A DNA stretch of 64,000 bases from a virus. The number at the start of each line of letters is the position of its first letter. The stretch's first letter is position 1. A program made the position numbers and the translations under genes. The DNA is taken from IMG/VR virus record IMGVR_UViG_3300020048_000058; one strand, 5' to 3'. Of the stretch, positions 45,396 to 53,497 are shown piece after piece. The notes beneath the pieces were generated by a model. That model was not told where the DNA came from. It saw only the letters and a list, made by a program, of their open reading frames with translations, and ran no database searches.

Positions 45396-47090
45396 ATGGG
45401 AATGTTTTCGGATATTGATTATTCTTTGATTGTTTTGCAATTAGAGAAGGCAATGGCTAATGGTGTGGCTACCTTGGATTCAAATACTAAGGTTCCTAAA
45501 GCTCAGATTAGTTTAACCGCTTCTGATGTTGGTGCGATCGCGTCTACTGGCAACGAAGTTTTAACAAGTTTAAACGCCGCGTCTGGCACAATTTCATCTG
45601 GGCTTTTACCGTCTTATGTTGATGATGTCCTGAGTTATACAAACCTTGCCGGGTTCCCAGGTACTGGCGAAGCTGGAAAGATTTACGTTGCAGAAGATTC
45701 CAATAAAGTTTACCGATGGTCGGGTTCTGTTTATGTTGAGATATCGAGTTCTGCTACTGCGGGAGAGGCTTTAAAACTAACCACGCCACGGACAATTGAA
45801 GCGACGGGAGATGCAAGTTATTCGGCATCTTTTGATGGTTCAACCAATGTTACAAGTGCGATAACACTGGCAACGGTCAATAATAATACTGGTTCTTTCG
45901 GTAGCGCTAGTTCAATTCCTGCTATTACTGTCAATGCTAAGGGTCAAGTAACTGCGGTTTCAACTAACAGTATCGGGAATGAATTAATTGCATTACAATC
46001 TTTAGCTGACACCCCAGGATTTTTAAAGAAAACTGGTAACGGGACTTATTCTATTGATGTTAATTCCTATCTTTCATTGGCAGGTGGGACTATCACGGGG
46101 GACTTGATTTCAACTAGCGCAACGGCATCAACATCAACAACTACAGGGGCTTTAAGGGTCGCTAGTTTAGGGGTTACGGGTGCTATTTTTGCTGGTACTG
46201 TTAGTGCCAATTCTTACAATTTGATTCCTATTTGGAGAGGAGAGGGAAACATAGGCACAAATACAGTAACAGGAGTTAGTGCGCTTTTGTCCAATACAAC
46301 AGGAGGGAATTTATCTGCCTTTGGAGTTAATTCGCTTCTGTCCAATACCACAGGATGGAATTTATCTGCCTTTGGAGTTAATTCGCTTCTGTCCAATACC
46401 ACAGGATGGAATTTATCTGCCTTTGGAGCTTTTTCGCTTCAGTCCAATACAACAGGAGGGAATTTATCTGCTTTTGGAGTTAGTGCCGGACGCTTTATTT
46501 CCGATGGCGTTACGGGGCTAACAATATCAAATAACTCTTGTTTCTTCGGCATGAACACCAAAGGAACCCAGAACGCAACCAATGAGAACGTATTTGGCTA
46601 CAACGCCACCGGAAACGGCTCAAACACCGTAACAATTGGTGATTCAAATATTACCAATACCTACCTAAGAGGTGTGATATCAACTAATTCCACAACACCT
46701 TCAACCTCTCCCACCACGGGAGCTAGTGTAATTCCTGGGGGTCAAGGGGTTCAGGGAAATCAATATGTTGGGGGTTTTAGTTCTTTGGGTGGGGACGCAA
46801 GTCATCCAGGGATTAAGATTAAGGTGCTAACGGGAACTACGGCAGCAACACAAGGGGGGGGTGTAGGAATAGCTCATGGAATAGCTGATATAAACAAAAT
46901 AATTTCAGTTAATCTTTGGGTGAATACAGGTCAGGGGTTGGGGTTATTTGCACCCCCTAATTATACAAATGGAGCCATCCAATATAATTTTATGCTTTAT
47001 GGGGGTCATATTTCTGTAGAAAATCACCCATCAAACAGTTACAACCTTTTGTCAAAACCAGTCACAATAACAATAATTTACACGGCATAA
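45396..47090 (+). CDS. tail fibre protein candidate with 17-aa tandem repeats
   Basis: 564 aa. The N-terminus (…ANGVATLDSNTKVPKAQI…) and the G-x-rich repeats (LLSNTTGGNLSAFGVNS x4) are typical of phage fibre shafts. Confidence 0.6.
   Translation: MGMFSDIDYSLIVLQLEKAMANGVATLDSNTKVPKAQISLTASDVGAIASTGNEVLTSLNAASGTISSGLLPSYVDDVLSYTNLAGFPGTGEAGKIYVAEDSNKVYRWSGSVYVEISSSATAGEALKLTTPRTIEATGDASYSASFDGSTNVTSAITLATVNNNTGSFGSASSIPAITVNAKGQVTAVSTNSIGNELIALQSLADTPGFLKKTGNGTYSIDVNSYLSLAGGTITGDLISTSATASTSTTTGALRVASLGVTGAIFAGTVSANSYNLIPIWRGEGNIGTNTVTGVSALLSNTTGGNLSAFGVNSLLSNTTGWNLSAFGVNSLLSNTTGWNLSAFGAFSLQSNTTGGNLSAFGVSAGRFISDGVTGLTISNNSCFFGMNTKGTQNATNENVFGYNATGNGSNTVTIGDSNITNTYLRGVISTNSTTPSTSPTTGASVIPGGQGVQGNQYVGGFSSLGGDASHPGIKIKVLTGTTAATQGGGVGIAHGIADINKIISVNLWVNTGQGLGLFAPPNYTNGAIQYNFMLYGGHISVENHPSNSYNLLSKPVTITIIYTA
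46275..46478 (+). repeat. 51-bp coding tandem repeat x4 inside the fibre gene
   Basis: The units are VSALLSNTTGGNLSAFG, VNSLLSNTTGWNLSAFG, VNSLLSNTTGWNLSAFG and AFSLQSNTTGGNLSAFG. Units 2 and 3 are identical at the DNA level. Confidence 0.9.
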
Positions 47091-47094
47091 AATC

Positions 47095-47430
47095 ATGACT
47101 ATTGAGAAAAAAGACCATTTTTTTGTATTGCAAAGCCAACAGATTCCCGTGAGTGGGATTTTATTGGATGTTGTAATTGAATTGTGTCACCAATATTCAA
47201 TTGTTGACACGGAAACTGGAGAAGTTTTGGGGACAAGTCCAGGTGAAGGTATCTTAAATTTGGGAACACCCAATGAATTAGAAGTCGAGTTTCCTGGATT
47301 TTCAGAGCGGATGGAATGGATAAAAATTGCTTTGGTTACTAAGGCAATGGGAATAATAGCCACCAGAAAAGCTGCGGAATTAGCTGCAATTGAAGCGTCA
47401 AAAAACAACCCAATAACACCAATAGAATGA
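47095..47430 (+). CDS. hypothetical protein (111 aa)
   Basis: ORF 4 nt after the fibre gene. Its stop overlaps the next start. Confidence 0.5.
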   Translation: MTIEKKDHFFVLQSQQIPVSGILLDVVIELCHQYSIVDTETGEVLGTSPGEGILNLGTPNELEVEFPGFSERMEWIKIALVTKAMGIIATRKAAELAAIEASKNNPITPIE

Positions 47431-47804
47431 TATCAATTTTCTCGCTCCCGTTTAATCAGTCCGGTTATGCTTTCTTGCTTTTCTTTGCCGGACTGATTTC
47501 TATTATTAATGGATTTTCCTTGATATTCGATAACCGAAAGTTGAATCAATACTTGTCATCTACTCTGTTGATAAATAACGGATTGATGTTGATATTTGAT
47601 GGTTTTTATAGGCTTGGGCATTACAAATTCGGTTATATTAAAATAACCACTTTGGTTATCCAGGTTTTTATCAGTTTTTTATCATTACTATTAATTTGGT
47701 CATATCACCATGAACAGAATGAACAGAACACGCACATCGCAAAACGGGAAAAAGGTTCAGGATGGGGATTTTTTAGATTTAAAAAACCTACCAGAAGGGA
47801 ATAA
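47427..47804 (+). CDS. small membrane protein, holin-like topology
   Basis: 125 aa, three hydrophobic segments and a highly basic C-terminal tail (KREKGSGWGFFRFKKPTRRE). Confidence 0.4.
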   Translation: MISIFSLPFNQSGYAFLLFFAGLISIINGFSLIFDNRKLNQYLSSTLLINNGLMLIFDGFYRLGHYKFGYIKITTLVIQVFISFLSLLLIWSYHHEQNEQNTHIAKREKGSGWGFFRFKKPTRRE

Positions 47805-47859
47805 ATATTGCAACATCCCACGCCCCCTTTTTAAGTTGAGATATTTAGAGCAGGCGTTA

Positions 47860-48246
47860 ATGTTCAATCATCACTTTTTTGTGATGATTTTGGTAGGCAT
47901 ATCTAGTAGTGTCTTTGGCCCACTGAAAACACCTATTATTTGGATTAATGCAAACATTGATTTTTTTAACGCCTTCTTTTTTGGCGTGGGAGTCAGTGGC
48001 GTTATTTGTTGGACTTTTGTTTATAAACTCAAGAAAGAGTTTCGTAGAGAAGTTAGTGATTTTGCCTGGACTGGGTGTTACATTCTACTGAACATTTGCC
48101 ACATATTATCGGTGGTTTTTGTTATCGGATTTTTTCTTAGTGTGGGGATTAAACAAAGCGGTCAGATTTCCTCTTTGGCTTGCGGTATCTTTTCTTCTAT
48201 GTTGATAGGAATTATATTAAGTATTAAATATGCCTACAAATCTTGA
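47860..48246 (+). CDS. membrane protein (about 4 hydrophobic segments)
   Basis: The start is taken at the MFNHHFF ATG (47860) to avoid the 95-nt overlap of the tracked ORF 47710..48246. Confidence 0.45.
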   Translation: MFNHHFFVMILVGISSSVFGPLKTPIIWINANIDFFNAFFFGVGVSGVICWTFVYKLKKEFRREVSDFAWTGCYILLNICHILSVVFVIGFFLSVGIKQSGQISSLACGIFSSMLIGIILSIKYAYKS

Positions 48247-48698
48247 TTGCGAGGGTAATTACAATGTTAATGTCTTACATTTTCCAATTCCAACAATCAA
48301 GCAGCATCCCAGTGCCAGCAGACCAAAGCATCCAGGCTATATTGGGATTTTTTGGTATTCTATTGAGTGGTAGCAGCGTCATTGGAATCGCCGTTAATAG
48401 AATCTTTGACGCTAAAAATATCAAGATAATGGTGGAACTTCAGAGTGAAATCAAGTCCCTTCAAAGGGAGGCGAAATATAGGGAGAATGATTTAAGCAGA
48501 CTTGAAACTGAGAATAACGAACTCAAGGAAAAGATAGCCGCGTTACAGGAGAAAGCTAACTCTAAATTTTCTGAACAGCTAGTCAATATACAGGAGAAAT
48601 ATCAGCATCTGGCAACGGAACATCAAAAAGCTATTGCAACAATAAAGAAGCTAAAGGGGGCATCTACCAATACAAGTAACGACGGCAATCAAACCTGA
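48243..48698 (+). CDS. single-pass membrane protein with a coiled-coil C-terminus
   Basis: 151 aa. One hydrophobic segment (ILGFFGILLSGSSVIGIAV) is followed by a heptad-rich region (LQREAKYRENDLSRLETENNELKEKIAALQEK). Confidence 0.5.
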   Translation: MIARVITMLMSYIFQFQQSSSIPVPADQSIQAILGFFGILLSGSSVIGIAVNRIFDAKNIKIMVELQSEIKSLQREAKYRENDLSRLETENNELKEKIAALQEKANSKFSEQLVNIQEKYQHLATEHQKAIATIKKLKGASTNTSNDGNQT

Positions 48699-48780
48699 GA
48701 CAATCTCTTACACGGAAGGGCATTAGATTGTATTTAATGCAACATCAACACCAACACCAACATAGGAATCTTATTGATTA

Positions 48781-48825
48781 TTGGGTTATTTTTATTAGTG
48801 AAGATATTGGGCTTGTATTATAATA
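48781..48825 (+). promoter_or_regulatory. repeated promoter-like element, copy 1 (TATAAT at 48819-48824)
   Basis: TTGGGTTATTTTTATTAGTGAAGATATTGGGCTTGTATTATAATA. It recurs at 50216-50260 with 2 mismatches. Both copies lie upstream of plus-strand genes. Confidence 0.5.
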
Positions 48826-48864
48826 TTAATAGGCAATTGTAAATCTCGAAACAGTAACAACAAT

Positions 48865-49494
48865 ATGACTGAAGACGCTCTAAGAAAAACATGGGAACAT
48901 ATTGATTTAGTTGTCCGACTGCTAACCTCGGCTCAGATTGAGTTGATGAAAAGAGCAGTCACCCATGATAGAAGTAAGTTATCATCCCCTGAGTGGGAAA
49001 TGTTTGCAGAGATTACTCATAAATTAGAGGGATTAACTTATGGTTCCCCTGAATATGAAAAACAAAGAAAGGAAATGTTAAATAGTGCGCTAGGGCATCA
49101 CTATGAACATAATAGACATCACCCTGAGTTTTTTGAGTCAAGAAAACCTAGCAATGTTATTAACAATCATATTCTTACAACCCAATGGGCTATAAAGAAT
49201 GGCTGTATAATGCCTGATGATATTTTTGGGTATGAGCAGGTTGAAAATTATCTGATTCAAAAGCAAAATGAGCATCAAAGCTCAATAAATAACATGAACC
49301 TTTTTGACATACTTGAGATGTTGATTGATTGGGTTGCAGCTTGTAATCGTCATGCTGATGGGGATATAAACAAAAGCATTGAGATAAACACGAAAAGATT
49401 CAATTTATCTCCACAATTGGTAAACATCTTTAAAAATACAATTCCCTCTATTAAGGATGGATTTGAGGATTTACATACGCAAAAAGATATTTAA
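48865..49494 (+). CDS. hypothetical protein with a His-rich HD-like metal-binding pattern
   Basis: 209 aa. It has H..V…, HDRSK, then GHHYEHNRHHPEFF. It may be a metal-dependent hydrolase; the family was not identified. Confidence 0.4.
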   Translation: MTEDALRKTWEHIDLVVRLLTSAQIELMKRAVTHDRSKLSSPEWEMFAEITHKLEGLTYGSPEYEKQRKEMLNSALGHHYEHNRHHPEFFESRKPSNVINNHILTTQWAIKNGCIMPDDIFGYEQVENYLIQKQNEHQSSINNMNLFDILEMLIDWVAACNRHADGDINKSIEINTKRFNLSPQLVNIFKNTIPSIKDGFEDLHTQKDI

Positions 49495-49501
49495 TATTAC
49501 T

Positions 49502-49521
49502 GGGGCTGCAAAGCCCTTTTT
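49502..49521 (+). terminator. rho-independent terminator
   Basis: Stem GGGCT (49503-49507) pairs with AGCCC (49512-49516) around the loop GCAA. TTTTT follows. Confidence 0.55.
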
Positions 49522-49524
49522 ATT

Positions 49525-49752
49525 ATGAATAATTCAACTAAAATTAAACTGATTGCATTGAATAGAGGTGTCACGGCATCCGAGGAAACTTTCACGATTA
49601 AGGAATTGAAAGTTAAGTATCCTAAACAATGGCTACAATCTCGTAATGATTATCCTGTTTTTATTAATTCGTGTATGGACAAATGGATATCAGAACAGGT
49701 AGAATTACAGGTAGAATTGAAGTGGAATGTTGTTACTTTTGAGGTGGGATGA
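49525..49752 (+). CDS. hypothetical protein (75 aa)
   Basis: ORF; its stop overlaps the next start. Confidence 0.45.
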   Translation: MNNSTKIKLIALNRGVTASEETFTIKELKVKYPKQWLQSRNDYPVFINSCMDKWISEQVELQVELKWNVVTFEVG

Positions 49753-50177
49753 TGGATACGGAAGCATTAAAAAATTTAATAACCGAGTACGAGAATGCTA
49801 CGGATTCAGGGTACAAGATGAGATTAGCTAATCAGATGAACGACATTATTAAAAAAGATATCTGGGAACTTCAAGGAAAAATTAGAGAGGAAATGATGTT
49901 GCGAATGCAAACAAAAACAGAACAATTAAATAATTTAATAGCCAAAACAACGGGAGAAAATACCCAATATGGTTATTGGTATATTGAGTTCAGAGGTCGG
50001 TCTGGGTGGTGGGCGGTTTCTGGTATCCCTGTTAGTTTTGGAGAGAATGGAACATACCTCGGTAAGTCTTATATTGATGCTGTCAGGTCAATTAAAGAAT
50101 TGTTTCCAGGAAGAAAACCTTTGGTTTCAGCAATGGTTAATGATGAAATAGGGTGCTATAATAATGATGCACACTGA
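49749..50177 (+). CDS. hypothetical protein (142 aa)
   Basis: ORF translationally coupled to the upstream ORF. Confidence 0.5.
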   Translation: MMDTEALKNLITEYENATDSGYKMRLANQMNDIIKKDIWELQGKIREEMMLRMQTKTEQLNNLIAKTTGENTQYGYWYIEFRGRSGWWAVSGIPVSFGENGTYLGKSYIDAVRSIKELFPGRKPLVSAMVNDEIGCYNNDAH

Positions 50178-50215
50178 TAAAATTGGACGACACTAACCCG
50201 ATGATTTATTAATTG

Positions 50216-50260
50216 TTGGGTTATTTTTATTGGTGAAGATATTGGGTTTGTATTATAATA
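50216..50260 (+). promoter_or_regulatory. repeated promoter-like element, copy 2 (TATAAT at 50254-50259)
   Basis: TTGGGTTATTTTTATTGGTGAAGATATTGGGTTTGTATTATAATA. It ends 11 bp before the methyltransferase ATG. Confidence 0.5.
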
Positions 50261-50270
50261 TAAATAGACA

Positions 50271-51284
50271 ATGGCAACTAATATTATTATGCTAAATCAA
50301 ATTATTCATGGGGATTGTTTTGAGGTAATGAAAGATATTCCTGACAATTCTATTAATTTAATTTGCACCGATCCGCCATATTTTAAAGTTAAAAAAGACA
50401 GTTGGGATAGACAATGGGATAAACCCGAACACTTCTTAGAATGGATAGACAGGGCGGCGGAGCAATGGCAAAGAGTCTTAAAACCTAATGGATCATTATA
50501 TTGTTTTGCCAGTCCCAAAATGTCTGCTAGGGTTGAGGTTAAGTTGGGAGAAAGGTTAAATATAATTAATCGAGTCACTTGGCAAAAACCACCATTCTCA
50601 ACTAAGGCGGAAATGTTTGTTAAAGAGGATTTAAGGAGATTCTTCCCTACTTCAGAATCAATAATATTCTGTGAACACTACGGAGCAGAAAAAAGGGGGG
50701 TTGTTGGGGAGTTTCTAAGAGCTAGGAGATTAAAGGCACAAACAACTTGCGATGCCATAGAAAAAACATTAGGATATATAGATAGCAAAGGAAGGGGGTC
50801 TCGGCTTTTCTATAGATGGGAGACTGGCGACTCCTTGCCGACTAGCGAAGATTTTTGCAACGCACTAAAAGCACTTAGAGATACTCGTCCGCTTGAGGAA
50901 ATTAAGCGGGAATACGAAGAATTACGCCGTCCATTCAACGTAACTGCCAATGTTCCCTATACAGATGTTTGGACGTTTCCAACAGTATCAGCTTACAAAG
51001 GAAAGCACCCATGCGAGAAGCCATTAGAGCTAATTAAGCACATTATAAAGTCATCAAGCCGTGAGGGTGATTTAGTTTTAGATCCGTTTTGCGGTAGTGG
51101 CACGACGGCAGTAGCCTGCAAAGAATTAAATCGTAATTATATTTGTATTGAAAAGGAAAAGGAATATTTTGATATAGCTTGTGATCGCATCTCCCAGCCT
51201 AGAGAATATTCAGAAACAGAGTTAGAAATTATGGAATTAAATAAACCGGAATTTGAACAATTAAGTTTGTTGGATTTGGTTTGA
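50271..51284 (+). CDS. DNA N6-adenine (N6/N4 class, beta-type) methyltransferase
   Basis: Motif IV is LICTDPPYF near the N-terminus. Motif I is LDPFCGSGTTAVAC near the C-terminus. This IV-then-I order is typical of beta-class amino-methyltransferases. Confidence 0.85.
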   Translation: MATNIIMLNQIIHGDCFEVMKDIPDNSINLICTDPPYFKVKKDSWDRQWDKPEHFLEWIDRAAEQWQRVLKPNGSLYCFASPKMSARVEVKLGERLNIINRVTWQKPPFSTKAEMFVKEDLRRFFPTSESIIFCEHYGAEKRGVVGEFLRARRLKAQTTCDAIEKTLGYIDSKGRGSRLFYRWETGDSLPTSEDFCNALKALRDTRPLEEIKREYEELRRPFNVTANVPYTDVWTFPTVSAYKGKHPCEKPLELIKHIIKSSSREGDLVLDPFCGSGTTAVACKELNRNYICIEKEKEYFDIACDRISQPREYSETELEIMELNKPEFEQLSLLDLV

Positions 51285-51324
51285 GGATTTGGACATCACC
51301 AAAAAATAAGATACAATTAATAAA

Positions 51325-51354
51325 TCCCCTCGCGGTACGGAAATACCCAGGGGA
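51325..51354 (+). promoter_or_regulatory. conserved two-tier hairpin in the 5' leader of ORF 51382..51900
   Basis: TCCCCT-CGC-GGTA-CGGAAA-TACC-C-AGGGGA. It shares the linear core CTCGCGGT and the stem architecture with 27619-27650. Confidence 0.6.
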
Positions 51355-51381
51355 GGTAACCATTAATTAGGAAATAGCCAC

Positions 51382-51900
51382 ATGAATAATATTATCAGAG
51401 CCGAGCGTGCAACTGTCAAGTTTTGTGAGGGTGTCGAAGTTGACGGGTATTTGTTGCCAGATGGTGAGTTTAGGGTTGGGAAGGTCGGAGCCGCGATCGC
51501 CGTGGGGTACGGAAAAGACTGGGTAGGACAACTCAAGGGAAAACCACTAAAAGCCTTGCAGGATAAGGGGTTCACCGGGTCTGAAAAACCTGTGCAGCTA
51601 AACTCTATCAATGGCGGTGGGACTGAAGCAAAAACACTTAGTCTCCTTGACTTCAGAAAATTAATTGTTTTTGCAGCAAAGAAGGAAAGACCTGAAGCCG
51701 AGGCGTTACTGGATGCTATTGTCGATGTGTCACTTGAGGATTATTTTAGAATAGCGTTTGGACAGCAAACATTAACCCTAGAGGAAAAGCGCGACAAATT
51801 TTTCAAAGCCTATTCAGCGACCATTGACTGGCTCACAGAAGACCGATCTGACTGGGAACTGATAGCTGAACAGGAAAGGTTTTTACTGAGTCTGAACTAA
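51382..51900 (+). CDS. hypothetical protein, paralog of ORF 27057..27584
   Basis: 172 aa, with full-length similarity to the 175-aa ORF at 27057. Confidence 0.7.
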   Translation: MNNIIRAERATVKFCEGVEVDGYLLPDGEFRVGKVGAAIAVGYGKDWVGQLKGKPLKALQDKGFTGSEKPVQLNSINGGGTEAKTLSLLDFRKLIVFAAKKERPEAEALLDAIVDVSLEDYFRIAFGQQTLTLEEKRDKFFKAYSATIDWLTEDRSDWELIAEQERFLLSLN

Positions 51901-51911
51901 TCAAAAAAAAA

Positions 51912-51931
51912 CCCTCTAAATATTTAGAGGG
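51912..51931. terminator. perfect 20-bp palindrome between convergent genes, bidirectional terminator
   Basis: CCCTCTAAATATTTAGAGGG. An A9 run precedes it, which gives a U-run for the minus-strand transcript. Confidence 0.65.
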
Positions 51932-51938
51932 TTAAAAA

Positions 51939-52130
51939 TTAGAATAATTTTGAACAATCCTTGCATTTCATTCGGCGGCGACCGTGTTCGGTGTAACCGT
52001 ATTTGACTATCCTATGGCTACCACACCGGGGGCAACCGTCACCAACAATCAGGGCTTTTGCAAAAAAAGACAGCCTAACACCTCTGATGGGTTGGCAGAA
52101 TTGCGGACTAGCGCACCCGGAGCTAGGCAA
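51939..52130 (-). CDS. small zinc-ribbon protein (start uncertain)
   Basis: The C-terminal CPRCGSHRIVKYGYTEHGRRRMKCKDCSKLF is a CxxC…CxxC ribbon resembling InsA/ISXO2-type transposase zinc ribbons. The tracked start overlaps the upstream gene by 82 nt. Confidence 0.4.
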   Translation of the reverse strand: MPSSGCASPQFCQPIRGVRLSFFAKALIVGDGCPRCGSHRIVKYGYTEHGRRRMKCKDCSKLF

Positions 52131-52429
52131 TCAGTCCGGTTCACTTTAACGGCGGCTGCTGCTACCAGTCCCGACACTACATAATAAACATCGGGAGACG
52201 CAGGGGGGAGTCCCTCAATCTCGCCATATTGAACGCTTTGGACTGGAATACCTAAAATGGGTTCGGCTTCGGTATTCCCCATCGCCACGCGGGGGATGAT
52301 TCCCGATGGGGGCAGGGTGAACAATGCGATCACGGATTCAGCCGTGAACTGTTTGGTTTTAGGATCTTGAGTTACCCCTTCTTTTGAACAGATGACGATT
52401 TGTACGTTAGTGGCGTTGATGATTTTCAT
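52049..52429 (-). CDS. hypothetical protein (126 aa)
   Basis: ORF with a plausible start and no recognised motif. Confidence 0.5.
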   Translation of the reverse strand: MKIINATNVQIVICSKEGVTQDPKTKQFTAESVIALFTLPPSGIIPRVAMGNTEAEPILGIPVQSVQYGEIEGLPPASPDVYYVVSGLVAAAAVKVNRTDCLAPGALVRNSANPSEVLGCLFLQKP

Positions 52430-52474
52430 TTGATTTTTTCCTTAGAATAATGTGTCAATGCGACTGCAAATGGG

Positions 52475-53278
52475 TCATATCAGGTCACATTTTCCTACCA
52501 TTTTGTTTCCGCAAGGGAAATCCGCGCAAACGGACTGGTAAACGGGGTTTTTAGTCCCGAAAGCCTTTGTTACAAGCCCCTGCCCATATACAGGGTGATT
52601 GACAATGTCACCGACCTTTAACAGCCCTTCAACGGGTTTATCTAAATTGTCAAGGTATTCTTTGACAACCTTGATTGCCTCTCCATAGAGGTGTTTTCGT
52701 TGGTCTGTGTAGACCTTCTCGGTTTTTTCCGATGGCAAGTCTAACACTGCCAAATCGGTCACAGAATATTCTGTGGTTTCTCCATAGCCTGTCTCATAAG
52801 CCACTGTTGTGGCACTGGGAAATTTAGGCTTCCCTTCCACAGCTTCCCCGAATTGATTTACGGCTTTGGTTGCCATATAGGTGATTGCCACCTGAAATTC
52901 GTCAGCCACAAAATGGGCTTTGGGGCCAGAAACTTCGCCCCATTGAGAAGCACCGCCACGCATTCCATCGGGGGATTCTTTACGACGGGCGGGAGTCGCA
53001 GTTTTTTTGTGGCTACCTGTTAATTTTTGACAGGTAATAATTTCCTGTCTTTGTTCGTGGGTGACAACCCATTCCAGTTTTGTCACCCGAACTCCGTTCG
53101 GTAACGCAGCAACAAATCCGATTGGGTTAAACCCATCGTTGCCGTTGTAGACAACTCCATTGTTGTCTACAACAAAGCCTTTTTGCAGGGTTAAGGCGTC
53201 ACGACTGATGCTGTTGTTCCATTTCCATTCAGGGGTTTTTTTAGTGACTTTGGTTTTTGCTGTGGTTGCGGTTGTCAT
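52475..53278 (-). CDS. hypothetical protein (267 aa)
   Basis: ORF; function unknown. Confidence 0.55.
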   Translation of the reverse strand: MTTATTAKTKVTKKTPEWKWNNSISRDALTLQKGFVVDNNGVVYNGNDGFNPIGFVAALPNGVRVTKLEWVVTHEQRQEIITCQKLTGSHKKTATPARRKESPDGMRGGASQWGEVSGPKAHFVADEFQVAITYMATKAVNQFGEAVEGKPKFPSATTVAYETGYGETTEYSVTDLAVLDLPSEKTEKVYTDQRKHLYGEAIKVVKEYLDNLDKPVEGLLKVGDIVNHPVYGQGLVTKAFGTKNPVYQSVCADFPCGNKMVGKCDLI

Positions 53279-53372
53279 GGTGCTTGCTCCGTGTGTTGCT
53301 TGCTCCTGTCTACATTTCTAATACTACACAAAATATCAACAGGTGTCAACAGGTAAAGCAAACTATTTTAGA

Positions 53373-53416
53373 TTTTGTATCCCCCTGATACAAAACGATT
53401 GTTTTTTTGATATAAT
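53373..53416 (+). promoter_or_regulatory. 9-bp inverted repeat (TTTTGTATC-N5-GATACAAAA) followed by TATAAT, upstream of nblA-tmk
   Basis: The palindrome arms lie at 53373-53381 and 53387-53395. TATAAT is at 53411-53416. The right arm sits where a -35 box would be. Confidence 0.4.
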
Positions 53417-53497
53417 ATATATAGAATCAATTTTCTATAGTATTGCAATGTCCAGAAGTAATATAGTCCATAATCAACTAATCAAAAGAGTAAAACA

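Noticed and set aside
45396-47090. Diversity-generating retroelement acting on the fibre gene
   Set aside because: There is no reverse transcriptase ORF in the window and no template/variable repeat pair with adenine-specific differences. The repeats are simple in-frame tandem duplications.
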